This document shows positions 20,268 through 29,746 of a stretch of DNA of 64,000 bases, in pieces. The notes under the pieces were generated by a model. That model was not told the DNA's origin and ran no database searches. It worked only from the letters and a program-made list of their open reading frames with translations. The stretch is from an uncultured delta proteobacterium (GTDB lineage Bacteria > Desulfobacterota > Desulfobacteria > Desulfobacterales > Desulfosalsimonadaceae). A program made the position numbers and the translations under genes. The number at the start of each line of letters is the position of its first letter. Position 1 is the stretch's first letter. The stretch covers positions 192,001 through 256,000 of the forward strand of contig CAWGYD010000006.1 of the NCBI GenBank assembly GCA_963826785.1, read 5' to 3'.

Positions 20268-21170
20268 TTAATCTTTCTCCAATACGCCGGCAGTCGGGTT
20301 CGTTAAAACAAAATCCCTGTTTTCGGGGCCTGGATGATGGTATTTGCGCATGACGTGTTCAAACAGGCCGGGCTGGACCGACGAGAAGGTCACCGGGTGG
20401 GACGTACCGGGTTCGGCGAGCTTCTCGTATCTGGGCAAATCGAGTGTTTCCGGTGACTGCCGGGCCTGTTGCACCCAGGCCTCAAATTCCTCACGGGATG
20501 CGGCGATCGCCTTGAAATGCATGTCGGCATAGCCGCTGCCGCTGAATTGCTGATTGTGGCCGCGGAAGGTGCCCTCTTCGTCGGCCAATAGATGAAGCCG
20601 GCTCTGCCCCCCCGGCATGGCGTAAATCTGGCTGCCCAACTGGGGGATAAAGAAGGATGTCAATACCGTGCCGGCGGTGAGCTTGAAGCTCAAAGGGACA
20701 TGGGCGGGGAAAACCAGCTGATTGACGGCCGCGATATTCTGCTCCGGATAGATAAAGAGCCATTTCCAGTCCAGGGACACCACCTCGATGGTCAGGGGCT
20801 TTTCGCCGTTATGGATCGGCTTGTAGGGATCCAGATGATGAGTCCGGGTCCAGGACAGGTAGGCAAGGGCTGCCACGATGGCGACAGGGACCAGCCACAT
20901 GGCCAGGTCGATCTTGACGGAATAGTCCCATTTGGGCATGTAGGTGGCGCGGGGGTTTGAGGCCTTGTACTTTCGGGCAAACCAGTAGGCCATGACAAAA
21001 ACGGGAACAACCACGATCATCATGAGCGCGATGGCGACCACGATGACGAACAGTTCCCCGCTGCCGATGGGTCCCTTGGGATTGAACAGAATGATATCGC
21101 TGCAGCCGGAGAGCGGCCCCGTAACTAAAAGTGTATATCCGAGGAGAACAGCATCCTTTTTTCTTTTCAT
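20268..21170 (-). CDS. cyoA: Cytochrome bo3 ubiquinol oxidase subunit II (lipoprotein)
   Basis: LSGC lipobox, [30 protein letters not shown]; lacks the CuA cysteines, so quinol type. Confidence 0.95.
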   Translation of the reverse strand: MKRKKDAVLLGYTLLVTGPLSGCSDIILFNPKGPIGSGELFVIVVAIALMMIVVVPVFVMAYWFARKYKASNPRATYMPKWDYSVKIDLAMWLVPVAIVAALAYLSWTRTHHLDPYKPIHNGEKPLTIEVVSLDWKWLFIYPEQNIAAVNQLVFPAHVPLSFKLTAGTVLTSFFIPQLGSQIYAMPGGQSRLHLLADEEGTFRGHNQQFSGSGYADMHFKAIAASREEFEAWVQQARQSPETLDLPRYEKLAEPGTSHPVTFSSVQPGLFEHVMRKYHHPGPENRDFVLTNPTAGVLEKD

Positions 21171-21524
21171 TGAGCCGCTCCAATCCGCCGCATGCCTTTG
21201 CCGGCGCAAAATTGCAGCACCGGATGGTGCATCTTTTCTCGCACCCCAGATGCTATCCGCTCAAGCTGATAATTTTCTACGAGGGTTATTTTCTGAAAAT
21301 ATAGGATTCATAGTTCCATCCTGCAAATCTGATGTCAGGGGAATCAGGGGATGGAAATGGGGGAATGGCAATGGGGGCACCAGCCTTATTTCTGCATTTG
21401 GTGCAAAATTCGGGCTGATTTCAGTCGATTTTTCTCATCGCCGGCAGGGGACGGGTACGGTGTCCCCGAAATTACCGGCATCAGGCGGAATCAGGAAGAA
21501 GAGGATTGCAAGAATCCGATCAAA

Positions 21525-22376
21525 TTAAGAGGGGGTGCTGTGCTTGTAGCCCCTGCGGCCTTTGTAGTTTTTTACGCAGTTGCCGAGGCCGAGCATCAGG
21601 GCGAGGCGGGCCTGAAGGCAACTCGGCAAAAGGCCGCGGGCGATGATGCCAAGCCGGATCTGCCATGGAATGACGACCATGTAGCGCTGCTTTTTGAGCC
21701 CCTTTTCCACGATGCCTTTTGCGATAATGTCGTGGTCTTTGACCGGAGGGGCCATCAGCCGTCCCAGAAGATTGAGTGAAAAGCCTTCGAACATGCCGGT
21801 GAGGATGTTTCCCGGGTGCACCGAGGTGAATTTCACCCCGTTTTTGCCGGCGGCCATGACTTCCAGGCGCAGCACATCGGTAAGCCCCCACACCGCCCAC
21901 TTGGAGGTGGTGTAGGCGGCCAAGCCGGGTGCGCTGGTCACGGCCACGCCGGAAGAGACATTGACGATGTGTCCTGAGTTTCGCGCCATCATGTCGGGCA
22001 GAAACTCATGAATGCTGTAAAACAGGGCATTCACGTTGACATCCATCTGCTTGACCGCATTTTCGACGGGCTGCTCCCAGAACATGCCGTTTCGCACGTA
22101 GCCGGCATTGTTGATCAGGATATCCACCCGGCCCATGTCCTTTGTCGCTTGGATGGCCAGTTCGCGGACCCGGTCCTTGTCGGAGACATCGCACACCCAG
22201 GCAAAGACCCGGCCGCCCATTTCTTTCAGCTCGGCTGCCGCCGCCGCCAGATCCTTTTCGGCAAGGTCCCAGATGGTCACCTCGCAACCTTCTTTCACCA
22301 AACGCCTGCAAACGGCCAACCCGATCCCCATGGCCCCACCCGTCACAATCGCCTTTTTCCCCTTCAAATTCATCAT
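21525..22376 (-). CDS. Short-chain dehydrogenase/reductase
   Basis: TGGAMGIG, NNAG, YTTSK. Confidence 0.9.
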   Translation of the reverse strand: MMNLKGKKAIVTGGAMGIGLAVCRRLVKEGCEVTIWDLAEKDLAAAAAELKEMGGRVFAWVCDVSDKDRVRELAIQATKDMGRVDILINNAGYVRNGMFWEQPVENAVKQMDVNVNALFYSIHEFLPDMMARNSGHIVNVSSGVAVTSAPGLAAYTTSKWAVWGLTDVLRLEVMAAGKNGVKFTSVHPGNILTGMFEGFSLNLLGRLMAPPVKDHDIIAKGIVEKGLKKQRYMVVIPWQIRLGIIARGLLPSCLQARLALMLGLGNCVKNYKGRRGYKHSTPS

Positions 22377-22377
22377 A

Positions 22378-23609
22378 GGGACGCCCTTTACATTTTTATA
22401 TTTTTCAAAATCTCCTGCAGCACCAAACCCTCTTTTTGAGCCAATCGAATTCCCCTTTTAACCGCAACGCTTACAGTGGGCACCGAGATTTTCAAACTGC
22501 CTGCCACATCCGTCATGGACATACCCAGCCCGCGCACCGCCCAATGACAGACAAGGGCACGCGCCTTCGTGATGACGCGCACTTTGGACGGCCCGACAAT
22601 CTCTTCCGGATCGATCCCGAGAAAACGGGATACGGCTGAAATAACATGTTCCAGTGTCACGCCCCTGGCGACGGGCTCGTATCGCGTTTGCATGCGCTCA
22701 CGGGCATTGGCCAAGACAGATTCGACAAAGTCCCCGTCCCCGAGAATGCGCTCATCGCTTTTTTGGAAAGCTCCGGTCCTGCGCAGTGATTGAACTGATG
22801 TCCATCCGCCGGCGCTTCGAATCAGTCCGCCGCCAACAAGCTCCGGCTGTCGCCCCTTTTCGATACCCTTTATAAGATATTCCCGATAGCTTTGCCGCGC
22901 CGCATTTTTCTTCCTGCCGAAAAATGCCAGCACGTCCTCGATTGATTGCCAGTCGTTGCGCCGTTTTGCCATCAGGTAACTATGCCCTGCAAATTGATAA
23001 TGGTCCAATTCGCCAATATCATAAACCAATCCGGCCCTGAGCGGGTTAAGATGGATGTAGCGAACCAGTTCTTTCAAATATACGTCTTCCTGGCACAGAA
23101 TCGATTTGTACCTGTTCTGAAAAACGTGCCCACATCGCTCGTGGCGCCGGTTATAACTTACTGCATAGCCGGTCAGAAGTCGGCGCATGACAGTGGAAAT
23201 CGGTTCATTTCCGGTTTTCAGCAGCAGGTGGAAGTGGTTGGGGATCAATGCCCACGAGAAGCATTTCGTTTGGGTTTCAATAATGATCTGGCCGAGACGC
23301 TTCAAAAAATTTTCACAATCCTGATCATCACGGAATATCCGGCCTTGCTCGATCCCCCTGGCAATGATGTGATGCACCGCCCCCGGCGCGTCTATGCGTG
23401 CTTGTCTTGGCATACCAAATCCATAGCACATGATCAGATTAATATAAAGTATAAAGGGCGTCCCACAATTGAGGGACGCCCTTTATACTTTATATTTAGC
23501 TGTTGCGGTTGAGTCCGGTTGTTTCTCGATCCAGGGGTTGGTGTTTGTGCAATACTTCATCACACTTTACCAGAGCGATATCTGAAATGTAAAATGTAAA
23601 GGGCGTCCC
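22378..23609. mobile_element. Inverted-repeat-bounded element carrying a RAYT-like Y1 transposase plus a tandem mini-unit
   Basis: Four TAAAGGGCGTCCC copies (22378-22390 reverse, 23452-23464 forward, 23473-23485 reverse, 23597-23609 forward); perfect 22-bp outer IR at 22375-22396 and 23591-23612. Confidence 0.75.
22388..23413 (-). CDS. HUH Y1 transposase (IS200/RAYT superfamily) with C-terminal DnaA-C-like HTH
   Basis: MPRQARID..GAVHHIIARG, LIPNHFHLL (HUH), GHVFQNRYKS, YIHLNPLRAG; C-terminal KARALVCHWAVRGLGMSMTDVA. Confidence 0.9.
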   Translation of the reverse strand: MPRQARIDAPGAVHHIIARGIEQGRIFRDDQDCENFLKRLGQIIIETQTKCFSWALIPNHFHLLLKTGNEPISTVMRRLLTGYAVSYNRRHERCGHVFQNRYKSILCQEDVYLKELVRYIHLNPLRAGLVYDIGELDHYQFAGHSYLMAKRRNDWQSIEDVLAFFGRKKNAARQSYREYLIKGIEKGRQPELVGGGLIRSAGGWTSVQSLRRTGAFQKSDERILGDGDFVESVLANARERMQTRYEPVARGVTLEHVISAVSRFLGIDPEEIVGPSKVRVITKARALVCHWAVRGLGMSMTDVAGSLKISVPTVSVAVKRGIRLAQKEGLVLQEILKNIKM

Positions 23610-23612
23610 TAT

Positions 23613-24362
23613 CTATTGGATTTGAAATTGTTCGATGAAGATGACTTCGCAGGCGCCGTTGCCGGTATCGTTTCGGGACAGGGAGCTTTTCCACTTCCAG
23701 TTGTCTTCTCCCGTCACCTGCACCAGGTATCCGTCAAAATCGACGATGTCGCCGGTTCGGGCCGCCTTTATCTGTTTTAATACGGACGAATCCGCCGGGA
23801 TCAGGTGCATGTTGGCGCTGTGGGTTTCAATTTCATTTTTGGGGATGGGAAACTGATCGGTCGACCAGAAGTAAAACCGGTTGGATTGATGAATTTTGAG
23901 TTTCTGAAGGACGGATTCATCCGACATCCTGCCCCAGCCCAGCGCCAGATCAATGGGCGCCAGGTCCGACTCACGGCCGAATGAATATTTCTTCTTGCTC
24001 AGCACCCGGGCATTGACGTGAAAATCGGCCAGCGGGGTCACCTGGTATGCTTTGAACGCAAAAGGCGCGGTGGAGGGGGCGGTCTGTTCGGGCGGATCCT
24101 GCGCCATTACACCCGGGCCATGGGAAACCGGCCGGCTGCTCCACCAGTCGAATGCCCCGTAAAGGATGATAATGAGGGAAAGCAGGGCGACCGCGAAGGA
24201 TTTTACCGGAAGACCCGAAGACGTGTCCTTCGGGGATTGCGTTTCAGGGACGGAGCCCGGCGGCGGCCGCATCGGATGTTCATTGTATTTGCGGATGATA
24301 ATTCCGCACGAGATGCATTCCAGGGCTTGGGGCTGCTCAAAACCGCATTTGGGGCACTTCAT
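23613..24362 (-). CDS. Hypothetical membrane-anchored protein with N-terminal zinc ribbon
   Basis: CPKCG...CISCG, one TM helix, conserved-looking DLALGWG, SANMHLIP, SRNDTGNGACE. Confidence 0.75.
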   Translation of the reverse strand: MKCPKCGFEQPQALECISCGIIIRKYNEHPMRPPPGSVPETQSPKDTSSGLPVKSFAVALLSLIIILYGAFDWWSSRPVSHGPGVMAQDPPEQTAPSTAPFAFKAYQVTPLADFHVNARVLSKKKYSFGRESDLAPIDLALGWGRMSDESVLQKLKIHQSNRFYFWSTDQFPIPKNEIETHSANMHLIPADSSVLKQIKAARTGDIVDFDGYLVQVTGEDNWKWKSSLSRNDTGNGACEVIFIEQFQIQ

Positions 24363-24424
24363 GAAAACTCCTTGTGTGCGGGGCGCGGGCTGAAATTTCA
24401 GAAACGATGGACCTTTGCCCGAAT

Positions 24425-25282
24425 TTAGAAGTCGGCCCAGTCAGTGACGGGCCGGAGCGGCACCGGCGGGTAGATCTGGCCATGGCTGGGGGGCATGGAA
24501 TTATAAACCCAATCGATATCAATTGTTCCCAAATTCAACAACCGTATACGATTGAATCCGTTGAATTTGCCCCGGGTCAAAACGTCCTCCATTTTCATGG
24601 TCAGGCCGAATACCGAAACGGTTTGTCCGGCGGGGATGGCTTTCAGTTCGGATCCGTATGCATAGGGGGTGAAGGCCAGCCGGCGGCTGTCCGCGGCCTG
24701 GCACTGGAGCATGGGAACGATCTCCGGAAACCCGTCCGCTTTCACCCAGGCGATGAATTTGAGCGAATCGATGGCGTTGAACAGGTTTTCGGAAAACGGG
24801 GTCAGAATGCGGCGGTCCTTCCCGGTGGCCGCTGCACTCCTGGCAATCCGGGTCGTCAGCGAGGATGCGATGATCGACGCCAGCGGAAGCCCGTCCGGGC
24901 CGCGCAGATCCACCAGGTCGAGGTAATGGACGGTGTTGATCCCGAAATAGGAATTGTACCGGAACATGGGCAGGTTGTTGTAGGCCTCATATTCCGGCCC
25001 CTCGGTTTTGAGATGCGTCCAGGACGCATGCCCCCGCCACATTTTCCGGTTCATGGTCAGCACCAGAAAGGCAACTCTGGGGTTCTTTTGAATAAAGGAC
25101 TTGCTCTGCCCCTTGCAGAATTCGCCCAGGGTGATTCCGCTTTTGCCGGCGGCCCGCAGGGAGGTGATCAGGGTGATGTGGGGCAGGCCCGCGGGGTTGA
25201 TCGATGCCACCAGCCCGATCTTTTCATTGGGCGAAAACGCTTCGATGGTCTGTTCATCCATTTCATTAAGATCGTAGCTCAC
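24425..25282 (-). CDS. Tandem pyridoxamine-5'-phosphate-oxidase-like (FMN split-barrel) protein
   Basis: Two similar halves (GLVASINPAGLPHIT; KFIAWVKADGFPEIV); GAGGAG RBS ahead of GTG at 25282; overlaps the activase stop. Confidence 0.7.
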   Translation of the reverse strand: MSYDLNEMDEQTIEAFSPNEKIGLVASINPAGLPHITLITSLRAAGKSGITLGEFCKGQSKSFIQKNPRVAFLVLTMNRKMWRGHASWTHLKTEGPEYEAYNNLPMFRYNSYFGINTVHYLDLVDLRGPDGLPLASIIASSLTTRIARSAAATGKDRRILTPFSENLFNAIDSLKFIAWVKADGFPEIVPMLQCQAADSRRLAFTPYAYGSELKAIPAGQTVSVFGLTMKMEDVLTRGKFNGFNRIRLLNLGTIDIDWVYNSMPPSHGQIYPPVPLRPVTDWADF

Positions 25283-26426
25283 CTTGGGGCTCCTCCTCTG
25301 TGTTTTTCTTTTCCAGCCGGGCCGACCCCGACCAGGATACGATATCCGGATCGACGCCGGACGCCTTTGCGGTCCGGGCAAAATCGTTCATTTCCGCTTC
25401 GCTGAGCAGCGGGGTATCATGAAATTCCCATTTTCTGTCCAGGCGCAGGTACTTGTCTCTGCACAAATTGTTGAACGCGCACAGTTCCCAGCGGCTCACC
25501 ACGTCTTTTATGTTTTCGGCGATGAACCGGCCGATGGCCGCGATGTTGTCATGGTGTGCCGTGGCCCCCGGGATGACGGGCGTGCGGATCCACAGTTCCC
25601 GGGGATACAGGTGCGAACGGATGTAGTGGGCCGTATGCAGCAGATTTTCATGTATGTTTTGATTGCTGTGTCCGGTAAAGCGTCGATGGGCTTCCTCATC
25701 CATGATCTTGAGATCGAACAGCACCAGTGCCGCATGGGGAAGCAGGTGATCCAGCGCCTCGCGGCTGCACTGGCCGCAGGTGTCCATGGCGGTATGGAGC
25801 CCCGCTTCCCGCAGGGCCTGTAAAAACGCCCCCGCAAACCGGTGCTGCAGGGTCGGCTCCCCGCCGGATATGGTGATGCCGCCTTCGGATGCCTCAAAAT
25901 ACGCCCGGTCCTTGACCACCTCGGCCACCAGTTCGTCCACACGCCATTTTTTGCCCAGAAGTTCCAGGGCCGTGCCGGGGCATTCGGCCGCACACGCGCC
26001 GCACCCCTCGCAACGGGTGCGGTCGATGGCCATCCCCTGCTCCGAAAGTGTCAAGGCGCCGTTTTCGCATGTCTCAAGGCAGGTGCGACAGCCGATGCAC
26101 CGGTTGCCGATCCAGCAAAGCTGGGGTGAAATGGAGATGCTTTCCGGGTTGTGGCACCAGGCGCACGAAAGCGTGCATCCTTTGAAAAACACCGTGGTCC
26201 GGATCCCCGGCCCATCCTCGGTGGACATGCGCACGATCTCCAGGATGGTGCCGGTCAGATTTGAATTTTTTTCCTTTTTTCCGTTTGTCTGTAAAGACGG
26301 TTTATCCTTGCTCCCCCCTTTCGCAAAGGGGGGCAGGGGGGGATTTTTTGCAGGATCTGCTCCAAATCCCCCTAAATCCCCCTTTTCAAAGGGGGACTTT
26401 TCAGTTGCAGGCGCTTGTGGATTCAT
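25266..26426 (-). CDS. Glycyl-radical enzyme activating enzyme (radical SAM with ferredoxin-like insertion)
   Basis: DGPGIRTTVFFKGCTLSCAWCHNPE; CIGCRTCLETC and CEGCGACAAEC; GGITISGGEP. Confidence 0.95.
   Translation of the reverse strand: MNPQAPATEKSPFEKGDLGGFGADPAKNPPLPPFAKGGSKDKPSLQTNGKKEKNSNLTGTILEIVRMSTEDGPGIRTTVFFKGCTLSCAWCHNPESISISPQLCWIGNRCIGCRTCLETCENGALTLSEQGMAIDRTRCEGCGACAAECPGTALELLGKKWRVDELVAEVVKDRAYFEASEGGITISGGEPTLQHRFAGAFLQALREAGLHTAMDTCGQCSREALDHLLPHAALVLFDLKIMDEEAHRRFTGHSNQNIHENLLHTAHYIRSHLYPRELWIRTPVIPGATAHHDNIAAIGRFIAENIKDVVSRWELCAFNNLCRDKYLRLDRKWEFHDTPLLSEAEMNDFARTAKASGVDPDIVSWSGSARLEKKNTEEEPQGELRS
26311..26399. repeat. REP-like palindromic doublet inside the activase 5' coding region
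   Basis: tcccccctttcgcaaaggggggcagggggggatt ... aatccccctaaatcccccttttcaaagggggac. Confidence 0.75.
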
Positions 26427-26459
26427 CCGCTTTTCCTGGCAATGCATTTTGAAGTTCTC

Positions 26460-28973
26460 TCAATACCGGCTGTGGCTCAGCCTGGCGATCACCTCGTTCT
26501 GGAGTTCGCGGCCCACGGCGGTGAAATAGGCATTGTAGCCGGTGATCCGCACCAGCAGGTGCCGGTAGTTCTGGGGGTGCGCCTGGGCGTCTTTGAGCAT
26601 CTCCGGGTCAAGCATGTTGACCTGGAGGCAGGTGCCGCCGTTTCGGTCGTATCCCTTCAGGAAGGCCTTGAATTTTTCCCGGTGGGCCGGGTCCGCGATG
26701 ATGGACGGGTTGAAGGTCATGGTATGACTGGCGCCGTTGGGGAGGCAGTTGAGATACCCGCCCCAGTCCCCCTGCCCGTCTTTGGCCCGGCCGCCCAGGG
26801 CCTTGCCCACGGAGTTGGCATTGGCGGTGGGGCCGTTGATGTCCGCGCCATTGGACGGGCAGATGGCGTTGGACAGGAACTCGCCCTTTCTGCGGCCGTC
26901 GGCGCTGGCGGCCATGACAAACCCGTCGCCCGCCCAGTAATTCCAGCTCAGCATCCCGGGGCGAAACTGCCGGCCCGTGCTTTTCGTCCTGTGCTTCCAG
27001 GCCTCGGCCGTCCAGAGGTCCATGACTTTTTGCGCCATTTCGTCTGCCGCATCATCGTCCCGGCCGTACTTGGGCGCCCGGTTTCTGGCCAGGGCGCGCA
27101 GCTTGTCGTGGCCTTCCCAGTTGTCGCGCAGGGCGGCGATGAGTTCGGACATGGTGCATTTTTTTTCGTCAAACACCAGGTACTTGACCGCCAGCAGAGA
27201 ATCGACCGTGGTGGCAAAGGTCACCGCCTCCAGGGTGACAAATGAAATCTCGGCGCCGCCCCGGGTGACGTCGATCCCTTTTTCCGCGCACCCCTTGACC
27301 AGGCAGGAGAGATAGGGGGTGGGCAGATACGCCGCCCGAACCGATTCGGAGCGCTCATAGAGGTCCACGCATTTTTTGACGATATACTGCGTCTGGCGGG
27401 CATAGGCTTCCCAGAACCGGGCCCAGTCCGCAAAACGGGCGGCATCTCCGGTGTAGGGGCCGTCCTGTCGGATCTTTTCGACTTTGCCGGTGAGAATGTC
27501 TTTGAAGGGGATGATGTCCGTGCCGCCGGTAAGGGCGAGTTCAACGGCCTTGAGCAGGTTCAGGTTGCAGTCCACCGTGCCGGAGCGGTCGTTTCCCGCC
27601 ATGGTATTCTCCAGGCATCCCACCGGCGCGTAGTCGTGAACGTTGTCCCGGTTGATCAGATGGCCAATCCCTGCTTCTTTGGCCTCCCGGAGCATCCCGG
27701 CCATGGAGCGCTCATCGAAATTGATCAGAAAGGGCGCCCCCTGGCTGGATGAAATCATGTCCACCATTTTTTCCAGGAGGGGCTCGGGCGAATTTTGGTG
27801 CAGGCGGACATTGGGCTTGGGCTCCAGGATGGGGCTCATCTCGTCGATGACTTCAAGGATGACATAGGTGAGGTCGTTGGTGGTGTCCAAGCCGTCTTTT
27901 CCGATGCCGGAGAGGGTGAGGAGCTGCCCGAACCCGGCGGTGATCCCCTGGTTGCCGTTTCGGATCATGGCGTCATAAGCGGTGTTGGCATGCACCCAGA
28001 AGCATTTGAGGATCTCCTTGCCGAACTCCCGGTCCATGCCGGCATCGATGGAGGCCTTCCAGAAGGGGAGCAGGTACTGGTCGATCCGGCCGAAGGAAAC
28101 CCCCGGGCCGGGATAATTTTCGTCGCTCATGACCAGCATGTGGGTCAGCCAAAGGGACTGGACGGCCTCCCAGAAGGTTTTTGGCGGCTCCCAGGGCACC
28201 CGGTCCAGATTTTTGACCATCTGCATCAGTTCGGCCTTGCGCTCCGGGCCGGTTTCCCTTACCGCCAGTCCCCGGCAGACCGTGGCGTATTTGGCCGCAA
28301 GTTCCCTGGGCAGGGTTGCCGATGTCATCATGGCCTTCAGCTGGGCACCCTTTTCGCCTTTCTGCTCTTCCGGGGAAAGGGCCTGGAAGAGATGCTCCAG
28401 TTCCTCGTGAACGCCTTTCCAGCCCATGGCCAGCACCTTCGGGTAATCCGGGATCAAGTGCCCGGAAGTGGCGCCGGCATTGCCGTATCCGTGGTCGTGA
28501 AACCATTTCACCGCGGCCCGGGCGCCCTTTTTGCCCGTGGTCAGCGCATCGAATGCCGCCTGCTCTTCCCGGTCCAGGCACATGGAAGCGATAATGTTGA
28601 ACCGGCCGCCGGCAATGAGGTCTCCGGGCAGCATCTCTGCGGGCAGGCAATTGACCATGACTTCCTTGATGAACACGGCCCGGCGCTCCACGATGGATTT
28701 TTCCCAGAAGCCGGCGGGAAGATCCACCATCCGGGCGGACTGCCTGAAGGAACTGCGCAGGGTCTGCATCAGCATGTAGGTTTCCGGGACGATGTAGTAG
28801 GTCATCTCGTTGAACTGGACATCCCAGGGGGTGCCCGTGGTCCAGGCGGTAAACTCGTTGTTCCAGGCCCGGTCGGTTCCCTTGAAGTAATAATCCCGCA
28901 GTTTCGTGATGCGATCGGAAAGACCTGCGGGTTCCTTGATGCCGGGCTGCAGCCGGGCGGCGGATGTGGCCAT
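26460..28973 (-). CDS. Glycyl radical enzyme (PFL superfamily), substrate unknown
   Basis: Cys loop APVGCLEN (single Cys), Gly loop LLVRITGYNAYF, SFGRIDQYL. Confidence 0.93.
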   Translation of the reverse strand: MATSAARLQPGIKEPAGLSDRITKLRDYYFKGTDRAWNNEFTAWTTGTPWDVQFNEMTYYIVPETYMLMQTLRSSFRQSARMVDLPAGFWEKSIVERRAVFIKEVMVNCLPAEMLPGDLIAGGRFNIIASMCLDREEQAAFDALTTGKKGARAAVKWFHDHGYGNAGATSGHLIPDYPKVLAMGWKGVHEELEHLFQALSPEEQKGEKGAQLKAMMTSATLPRELAAKYATVCRGLAVRETGPERKAELMQMVKNLDRVPWEPPKTFWEAVQSLWLTHMLVMSDENYPGPGVSFGRIDQYLLPFWKASIDAGMDREFGKEILKCFWVHANTAYDAMIRNGNQGITAGFGQLLTLSGIGKDGLDTTNDLTYVILEVIDEMSPILEPKPNVRLHQNSPEPLLEKMVDMISSSQGAPFLINFDERSMAGMLREAKEAGIGHLINRDNVHDYAPVGCLENTMAGNDRSGTVDCNLNLLKAVELALTGGTDIIPFKDILTGKVEKIRQDGPYTGDAARFADWARFWEAYARQTQYIVKKCVDLYERSESVRAAYLPTPYLSCLVKGCAEKGIDVTRGGAEISFVTLEAVTFATTVDSLLAVKYLVFDEKKCTMSELIAALRDNWEGHDKLRALARNRAPKYGRDDDAADEMAQKVMDLWTAEAWKHRTKSTGRQFRPGMLSWNYWAGDGFVMAASADGRRKGEFLSNAICPSNGADINGPTANANSVGKALGGRAKDGQGDWGGYLNCLPNGASHTMTFNPSIIADPAHREKFKAFLKGYDRNGGTCLQVNMLDPEMLKDAQAHPQNYRHLLVRITGYNAYFTAVGRELQNEVIARLSHSRY

Positions 28974-28976
28974 TTT

Positions 28977-29708
28977 TCAGTCCTCCTGTCTGGATACGAT
29001 GTTGCGCAGCCGGTCTTCGCCATGCTTGAGCATGCGCCACATGACATCTGCGGCGGCGGGCTCGTCTTGATCGGCGATGGCGGAAACCAGCTCGCTGTGG
29101 AATGCAAAGACTTCCTCAACCACGGATGTATCGGTGAAAAACTGCCGGGAGAGGTTGGTGTAGACCGGCTTGAAGGAATTGATCAAAAGGGGATAAAGAA
29201 GGTTGTCGGTGGCGATGGTCACCGTAAGATGAAATTCGAAATCGAGCTGGGTCACGGCATCGATGTCTGCGGCCGAAGCCGCCTGCTCCCGGCCGGTGAT
29301 GCGGTGAAATTCCAAAATCTGTTCATCGGTGCGGTTTTTCGCGGCCAGGCGGGCGTTTTCCGTCTCCACCAGCAGCCGCATGTTGAGCATCCCCTCCAGC
29401 AGCCGGGGATCGAGCTTGCCGTCCTGGTACGCCAGAAGGGAGGTGAGCAGGGTGATCGATCCCTGCCTGCGGTAGTCGTTGATGATGGTGCCGATGCGGG
29501 GGGTCATGGAAACCAGCCCCTTGGCGGCAAGATCCACCAGTGCCTCGTGTACGACGGGGCGGCTCACCCCCAGATGCCTGGCCAACTCGCGCTCCGGCGG
29601 CAGCTTCTCCCCCACGGCAAGCGCTCCGGAGAGAATCAATTCCTCAAATCGCCTGACACATGCTTCCTTCAAGCTGTCCGATCTGACCGGCCGCAATCGG
29701 TCGAGCAT
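28977..29708 (-). CDS. GntR/FadR-family transcriptional regulator
   Basis: KLPPERELARHLGVSRPVVHEAL wHTH plus FCD domain (DFEFH). Confidence 0.93.
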   Translation of the reverse strand: MLDRLRPVRSDSLKEACVRRFEELILSGALAVGEKLPPERELARHLGVSRPVVHEALVDLAAKGLVSMTPRIGTIINDYRRQGSITLLTSLLAYQDGKLDPRLLEGMLNMRLLVETENARLAAKNRTDEQILEFHRITGREQAASAADIDAVTQLDFEFHLTVTIATDNLLYPLLINSFKPVYTNLSRQFFTDTSVVEEVFAFHSELVSAIADQDEPAAADVMWRMLKHGEDRLRNIVSRQED

Positions 29709-29733
29709 CCGTTCTTCCTCCTTTATCTGGCTG

Positions 29734-29746
29734 GTGGTAAGACCAC
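29734..29746. promoter_or_regulatory. Probable FadR-subfamily operator
   Basis: Palindrome GTGGT-AAG-ACCAC just upstream of the regulator RBS, matching the TGGT-N3-ACCA pattern of FadR/PdhR/LldR. Confidence 0.7.

Noticed and set aside
26460..28973. Annotation as pyruvate formate-lyase (pflB) or benzyl/alkylsuccinate synthase
   Set aside because: It has a single Cys (GCLE) rather than Cys-Cys, and no small beta/gamma subunit genes are adjacent
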